A DNA stretch of 63,857 nt, filler included, from Sphingomonadaceae bacterium (GTDB lineage Bacteria; Chloroflexota; UBA6077): assembly GCA_050261575.1 (NCBI GenBank). It is 8 parts of 8 records of this genome, joined end to end, with 100 filler letters (N's around TTAATTAATTAA, not from the genome) between each part and the next. Parts side by side here need not be neighbours in the genome. Positions count along the whole stretch, not along the records: positions 57,218 to 60,984 come from JBLNDL010000034.1; positions 61,085 to 63,857 come from JBLNDL010000043.1; 6 more parts are not named here. One strand, written 5' to 3'. Numbering within the stretch: the stretch's first letter is position 1; each line of letters starts with the position of its first letter. Below are positions 59,221-63,857 of the stretch, one piece after another. The notes below the pieces were generated by a model. It made no database searches and was not told the DNA's origin. It worked only from the letters and a program-made list of their open reading frames with translations. Both the position numbers and the translations under genes were made by a program.

Positions 59221-60305
59221 TCCGCGTTCTCCTCCGCCACCCCCCGCGCCTCCTGCCGGACCCACTCGGCGAGGCTCGCCGGACGGATCACCCGCGCGTC
59301 CCGGCCCAGCCCCAGCACCCACCGTCGCAGCTCCGGCGTGACCCCCACGTGGAAGTGCAGCCGCACGCGGCCGTCCGGCAGATCCTCCACCCGCTGGCTG
59401 GGGTGCCACTCCTCGTCCCGCGCCCACCGGCTCGCCTGGGGCGAGAACTCCACCACCACGTCCTCCGGCGCCCCCGCCTCCCCGCGCAGCAGGCCCCAGG
59501 TGGGCCCGAGGTAGGCGGAGAGGTCGAACTCCTCTGGATAGGAGAAGCGCTCGCCCGAGGGCTCCAGGGCATCTATCCGGTCCACCTTGAAGATGCGCAC
59601 CTCCTGGCGCAGGTGGCAGTACCCGACGAGATACCAGCTTCGGAGGTAGGGGAGGAGGGCGTAGGGGTCCACAAGCCGCACGGCTGCGGGCGGGGCGGCA
59701 GAGGCGGCGGATCCCACACCGGGACCGGGAGAGCCGCTGGAGGCACGCGGGGCGGAAGGGCCACCGGCTTCCGCATCGGGGCCTGGGCGGGCCAGACGCC
59801 CGCGCCCCCAGGATGGCGGCCCGGAGGCGGTGCGGTAGGTAATCCGCAGCCGCGAGCGCTCGGCTATGGCGAGCTGGAGCGTCCTAAGCGTCGCGCCCCT
59901 CTCGCTCCGCTCCCCGGCCCCACGGACGAGGCCGCTCACCAGCGGCAGCAGCTCCGCCGGCAGCAGCGCCTCCAGCCTGGCGATCGCGGCGGCCAGGTCG
60001 GCGCGCGACACGCCGGGCATCTGCTGCCCCACGCGCGCGGCGAGCAGGAGCGACAGCGCCTCGGGGAGGCTGAGGCTGAGGGTGGGTAGCACGGAGAGGG
60101 ACTCGAAGTAGTAGCCCTCGCGGCAGTGGCGCAGGGGCATCACGAGGCCGTGGCGGATCAGTTGGAGGTCCTTGTCGATCTGCTGCTCGCTCACCTCGTA
60201 GTGGCGGGCGAGGGCGCGACGGGTCCAGCGCCGCGGCTGGTTGGCGACGCGCAGCAGTATGTCCACGATCCGCCGGGTGCGCCGGTACTCCTCGGGGTTG
60301 GGCAT
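59217..60305 (-). CDS. HTH-WYL-WCX transcriptional regulator
   Basis: LARHYEVSEQQIDKDL HTH; SWYLVGYC, RIFKVDRI; stop overlaps the cas3 start (ATGA). Confidence 0.92.
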   Translation of the reverse strand: MPNPEEYRRTRRIVDILLRVANQPRRWTRRALARHYEVSEQQIDKDLQLIRHGLVMPLRHCREGYYFESLSVLPTLSLSLPEALSLLLAARVGQQMPGVSRADLAAAIARLEALLPAELLPLVSGLVRGAGERSERGATLRTLQLAIAERSRLRITYRTASGPPSWGRGRLARPGPDAEAGGPSAPRASSGSPGPGVGSAASAAPPAAVRLVDPYALLPYLRSWYLVGYCHLRQEVRIFKVDRIDALEPSGERFSYPEEFDLSAYLGPTWGLLRGEAGAPEDVVVEFSPQASRWARDEEWHPSQRVEDLPDGRVRLHFHVGVTPELRRWVLGLGRDARVIRPASLAEWVRQEARGVAEENAE

Positions 60306-60438
60306 CCAGCACCTCCCGGGCCGGCGGCCCTCCGGACCACCGGCCGACGAGCAGCAGGATACGCCGAAGCGCGCCTACGCCCTGGTAGGCGCGAGGGAAC
60401 GACCGGGAAGGATCCCTCATGCGGGTTTGCGCGGGAAG

Positions 60439-60470
60439 GAACAAGCTGGTTCTTGAAGCAAAGGATAGCA
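60439..60470 (-). promoter_or_regulatory. Extended -10 promoter and palindromic operator candidate for WYL-cas3
   Basis: Minus TGcTATCCT (60470-60462); near-palindrome GAACAAGCTGGTTC (60439-60452). Confidence 0.4.
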
Positions 60471-60574
60471 CGGTCGTTCCGGCGCGTCTACGGCCGTCGC
60501 GCCGACCTCCAGGACTTCCTCGAAGTTGCCCAACCGTCGCGCCAAGCATCGCGTGGCCCTCGCCGCGCTACCCC

Positions 60575-60664
60575 TGTCACACCGAGCGTTTGCGAAGCGT
60601 CTCCTGGTATGGGAGGCACCCGCACTGCCACCTGGAGACCCTTCGCCTGCGGCTCAGGTGGCGA
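60575..60664. repeat. REPIN-like element of the TGTCA(T/C)..(T/C)GAGC family
   Basis: TGTCACACCGAGCGTTTGCGAAGCGTCTC ... GAGACCCTTCGCCTGCGGCTCAGGTGGCG; relative at 14422-14490. Confidence 0.6.
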
Positions 60665-60838
60665 TGAGAAGGCCCTGCGCCGGCCTCGGCGGCAGGGTAG
60701 TTTGCGCGGCGCATCGGGCACGGAAATTGCTTCTACTACCACTACGAACTCGCGACGTTCGGAGTATCGTTGCGGCCCAGGGGCCGGTTCGCCGCCCGCC
60801 CCTGCGGATGGGCGAGCAGGGCGGGGAAAGGTCTCGTG

Positions 60839-60902
60839 TTGCCTCACAATTAGATCTTACCGAAGGGGCTTCGTTGCCTCATAAAGGGACCTTACCGAAG
60901 GG
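60839..60902. repeat. Tandem pair of dif/tyrosine-recombinase-like sites (35-bp period)
   Basis: TTGCCTCACAA-TTAGATC-TTACCGAAGGG and TTGCCTCATAA-AGGGACC-TTACCGAAGGG. Confidence 0.55.
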
Positions 60903-61084
60903 CATCCTGGTTTGGTATGCCAGGAGGTCCACCCGGTGCCTGCCTGGCCCATTCTAGCCGGTAGCCACACCGATCTGTCCACCCNNNNNNNNNNNNNNNN
61001 NNNNNNNNNNNNNNNNNNNNNNNNNNNNTTAATTAATTAANNNNNNNNNNNNNNNNNNNNNNNNNNNNNNNNNNNNNNNNNNNN

Positions 61085-61452
61085 CAGGGCATGAGGACCT
61101 GGTTGGCCTTCCTGTTCTGGATTTGGACGATCACGAGGAAGAGGGCTAGGACCCAGGCCCACAACAGGAGGGACCCCTCCTGGCCGGCGTAGCTGCCCGA
61201 GATGCGGTACAGCAGGTCGGTATCCCGGCTGGTGTACTGGGCAACATACTGGAGGGAGAAGTCGAAAGTGACGAAAGCGTAGAGGAGCGCGAACCAGGCG
61301 ACGGTGGAGAGGGCCGCCATGGCAAGCACCCCGTTGCGGGCGCTGGCCAGGTAGTCACCGTCTCTCCTGGTGGCGCCGAGAACGCTGACCCCGGTGGTGT
61401 AGAGCGCCACCACGAAGGCCAGCACGATGAAGATGCGCCCGACCTCGGCCAT
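61085..61452 (-). CDS. ccmF: Cytochrome c heme lyase CcmF, 5' fragment
   Basis: FVTFDFSLQYVAQ, YAGQEGSLLLW. Confidence 0.88.
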
Positions 61453-61798
61453 CCTCTAGACCTCCTCGTCCATGCTGGGGTTGAGCGGGCTCTGCCCGCC
61501 CTGCCACGAACGATAGTGGAGAGGGATTAACCGCAGATGAAGGACAGGTGAGAGGTCGATTAGGGCAACCGACGGCTCGGCTGGCCGCGCTACACCAGAT
61601 TCTCAGCAAACTCTCAGCCCACTCCAAGCCAAGCCCGTTGACCCTGCCGCAGCCGTATAGCTAGCATGCGCTCGGCTTCCATAACAAGGTAAAGGATCTG
61701 AGGTAAGGAGGAATCTGCCGACTTCGGGGCCGGCGCCCGGCGGGCAACGATAGAAACCCGCAGTCAGACGATCTGGAAACTAGGAGGGAGGCACCTCT

Positions 61799-63679
61799 AT
61801 GGCAGTGAAGCCGAAGGGGCTTCTGGCCATGGCCGTGTTGCTGGTATTGGCTCTCGGCATCACGGCCGGGACCCTATTGGCAGCAGAGACGCAGCCCCAG
61901 GCGGGGAAACCCACGGCTGAAATCGAGATCGTGCCGGTTACGGCGAAGGCCACCGACCCCAACGTTCTGGAGGGGACTCTGGCGGACGGTAAGACCAAGG
62001 CACAGTTCGGCACGACCGGATTGGACAACGCCGCCATCGGCGTTCCGGTTACCCTGACCGGATCAGCCACCGACCCCAAGGTCTCGGTGACGAAGTACGC
62101 ATGGACCCTGACGAAGCCCAAGGCGTCAAAGGCTGAGCTGTCGACCAACAACGAACCCACAGTCAAGTTCACGCCGGATGTCTCCGGCGTCTACAAGGTC
62201 GACCTGGTACTCAGCAACGAAGCGGGAGCCGGCCCCATGGCCTCGGTGCAGATTCGGGCCGGTGAGTATATCGGCACTGGGTTGGGCAACTGCTTCCAGT
62301 GCCATCCCGGCACCACCCAGGGCTGGTCCGAGACCGGCCACGCGACCATGCTGAAGACGGCGATCAACTCCGGCGACACCCACTACACCGAAGGCTGTAT
62401 CCGATGCCACAGCACCGGCTACACCCCCGGCGCGGACAACGGTGGGTTCACCTCCGTTCAGCAGGGGACCGGCTGGGAGTTCCCATCCAAAGAGGCGATG
62501 GCATCGGATGGAGACAAGTGGGCCGAAATGCCCATCCTCCTGCAGAACATGGCCAACATCCAGTGTGAATCCTGCCATGGGCCGGCCAAGAACCACGTGG
62601 AGAAGGGGGCCAAGATGGCCTCCTCCATGGACGACGGCATCTGCAACCAGTGCCACGACACCAGCGCCAAGCATATCAAGGGCACACAGATCAAGGCGGC
62701 GAAGCACTCGGACGAGGATTCCCAGGCATGGAACTACCCGACAGGTCCCAGCCGCCAGGCTTGCGTTCGCTGCCACTCGGGGGCAGGCTACGTCTCCTTC
62801 GTCGAGAACCCGACTGAGCCCGCTTCCTGGGACAACAGCAAGCAGACGGTGGGCTGCTCGACCTGCCACGACCCGCACTCCGCGGCCAACAAGTTCCAAC
62901 TGAGGACAGTCGGCAAGCCGACCGAGGCGGCTGGCGTCACCAAGGACTTCGGACTGTCGGCGACCTGCGCCAACTGCCACAATGGGAGGACAACGGCAGC
63001 CGACGCGCAGAAGGGATCGTATCCCCACTACAGTCCCGCCGCAGAAATGCTCAGCGACACGGGCGGCGTGACCTACGGGCAGACGGTGCCCAACTCGCCA
63101 CACGGCATGCTGGTGGGGACCTCTCCCATGAGGGATCCGGCGGACGCGGAAGGAAAGACGATGCTGTTCGGCGGAGCCACGCCCGGGCCCTGCGTCGCCT
63201 GCCATATGGTGGGCAACAGCCTGGACGCCAACGACCCCAACAAGTTCAACGTGGGCGAGCACTCCTTCAACATGGTGAGCCCCGACGGCAAGGCCCAGAA
63301 CATCAGCGCCTGCCAGAGCTGCCACGCCGGAGCCACGAAGTTCGACTTCGAGGCAAAGGCCGACTACGACGGCAACGGCAAGGTGGAGGGCGTGCAGGAG
63401 GAGGTGGCCGGTCTCGTGAGGCTCCTCCAGCAGGCCATCGCGGACTCCGGGATCAAGCCGATCGAGGGCAATCCCTACTTCGATCCTCAGGATCTGGCAA
63501 AGGCGAACGAGAAGCAGAGGAACGCGATCTACAACTACCGCTTCGTCCGCGGCCTGGAGGGCAGCGACGGCAAGGCGAACGCAATCCACAACTTCAAGCG
63601 GAGCGTGGCCCTGCTGCAGCTCTCCTACAAGGATCTCACGGGGAACGACGTCCCCAACGCGACCATCATCGTGAAGTAG
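61799..63679 (+). CDS. Secreted multiheme cytochrome c (9 CxxCH) with N-terminal PKD/Ig-like domain
   Basis: Signal peptide; CFQCH, CIRCH, CESCH, CNQCH, CVRCH, CSTCH, CANCH, CVACH, CQSCH. Confidence 0.93.
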   Translation: MAVKPKGLLAMAVLLVLALGITAGTLLAAETQPQAGKPTAEIEIVPVTAKATDPNVLEGTLADGKTKAQFGTTGLDNAAIGVPVTLTGSATDPKVSVTKYAWTLTKPKASKAELSTNNEPTVKFTPDVSGVYKVDLVLSNEAGAGPMASVQIRAGEYIGTGLGNCFQCHPGTTQGWSETGHATMLKTAINSGDTHYTEGCIRCHSTGYTPGADNGGFTSVQQGTGWEFPSKEAMASDGDKWAEMPILLQNMANIQCESCHGPAKNHVEKGAKMASSMDDGICNQCHDTSAKHIKGTQIKAAKHSDEDSQAWNYPTGPSRQACVRCHSGAGYVSFVENPTEPASWDNSKQTVGCSTCHDPHSAANKFQLRTVGKPTEAAGVTKDFGLSATCANCHNGRTTAADAQKGSYPHYSPAAEMLSDTGGVTYGQTVPNSPHGMLVGTSPMRDPADAEGKTMLFGGATPGPCVACHMVGNSLDANDPNKFNVGEHSFNMVSPDGKAQNISACQSCHAGATKFDFEAKADYDGNGKVEGVQEEVAGLVRLLQQAIADSGIKPIEGNPYFDPQDLAKANEKQRNAIYNYRFVRGLEGSDGKANAIHNFKRSVALLQLSYKDLTGNDVPNATIIVK

Positions 63680-63700
63680 AGGCCGGCCTCGACCGTCGAC

Positions 63701-63732
63701 CGAGGGTGAGGGTTGCATGACCCTCACCCTCG
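63701..63732 (+). terminator. Hairpin after the cytochrome gene
   Basis: CGAGGGTGAGGGT ... ACCCTCACCCTCG. Confidence 0.6.
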
Positions 63733-63857
63733 ATAGGCGCTCTCGGATGCGTAGCGGGGAGGGGGGCGGACCGCGGGTCGCCCCCCCACCCGAGCCTTTA
63801 AAAGTACGCTGTGGGGGGGGGGAACAAACATTCGCCCCCGAAAACACACAACAAAAA

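Noticed and set aside
60839..60902. 35-bp tandem near cas3 as a CRISPR array
   Set aside because: Only two adjacent units with no spacers. No CRISPR array is visible anywhere in the window.
60306..60984. ORFs upstream of WYL (60126-60884, 60419-60667, 60526-60957)
   Set aside because: No motifs; the region is better explained by promoter, REP and tandem-site sequences.
15386..61084. Recurring TTAATTAATTAA within N runs
   Set aside because: Artificial contig linkers. Apparent neighbours across them, such as hydrogenase next to cas3, are not real synteny.
61680..61790. Possible riboswitch in the cytochrome leader
   Set aside because: No recognisable aptamer consensus by eye; an Rfam scan would be needed.

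Overview
This window is not one locus. It is eight GC-rich contigs joined by artificial 100-nt N/TTAATTAATTAA linkers (15386-15485, 27261-27360, 37414-37513, 44029-44128, 51211-51310, 57118-57217, 60985-61084), so synteny holds only within a contig. Gene content and the GAAC-N4-GTTC SOS box suggest an anaerobic Chloroflexota-like MAG (inference). Contents: (1) degenerate radical-SAM gene, queF-yhhQ, and a surface-glycosylation region interleaved with pepA and metG; (2) LexA-controlled imuB-dnaE2, plus a RecA-like imuA candidate coupled to a holin-like gene; (3) HspR/HAIR-controlled dnaJ-hspR-clpB and hsp20, then NIL-MoaD-homocysteine methyltransferase; (4) dksA/traR-lspA-rluD-gltX and a G9-frameshifted membrane glycosyltransferase; (5) MalK, GH94 phosphorylase, GT2 and GH38; (6) a Rex-controlled [FeFe]-hydrogenase cluster; (7) a WYL regulator coupled to cas3; (8) ccmF and a 9-heme cytochrome c. 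The most unusual signals are two: a tandem pair of dif/tyrosine-recombinase-like sites with a 35-bp period that recurs on two contigs (once upstream of WYL-cas3), and several REP/REPIN and 7-8-nt repeat families found both between genes and as in-frame insertions inside proteins (DnaE2, ImuB, RecA-like, WYL, flippase, GT2). All calls come from motif reading; no searches were run.
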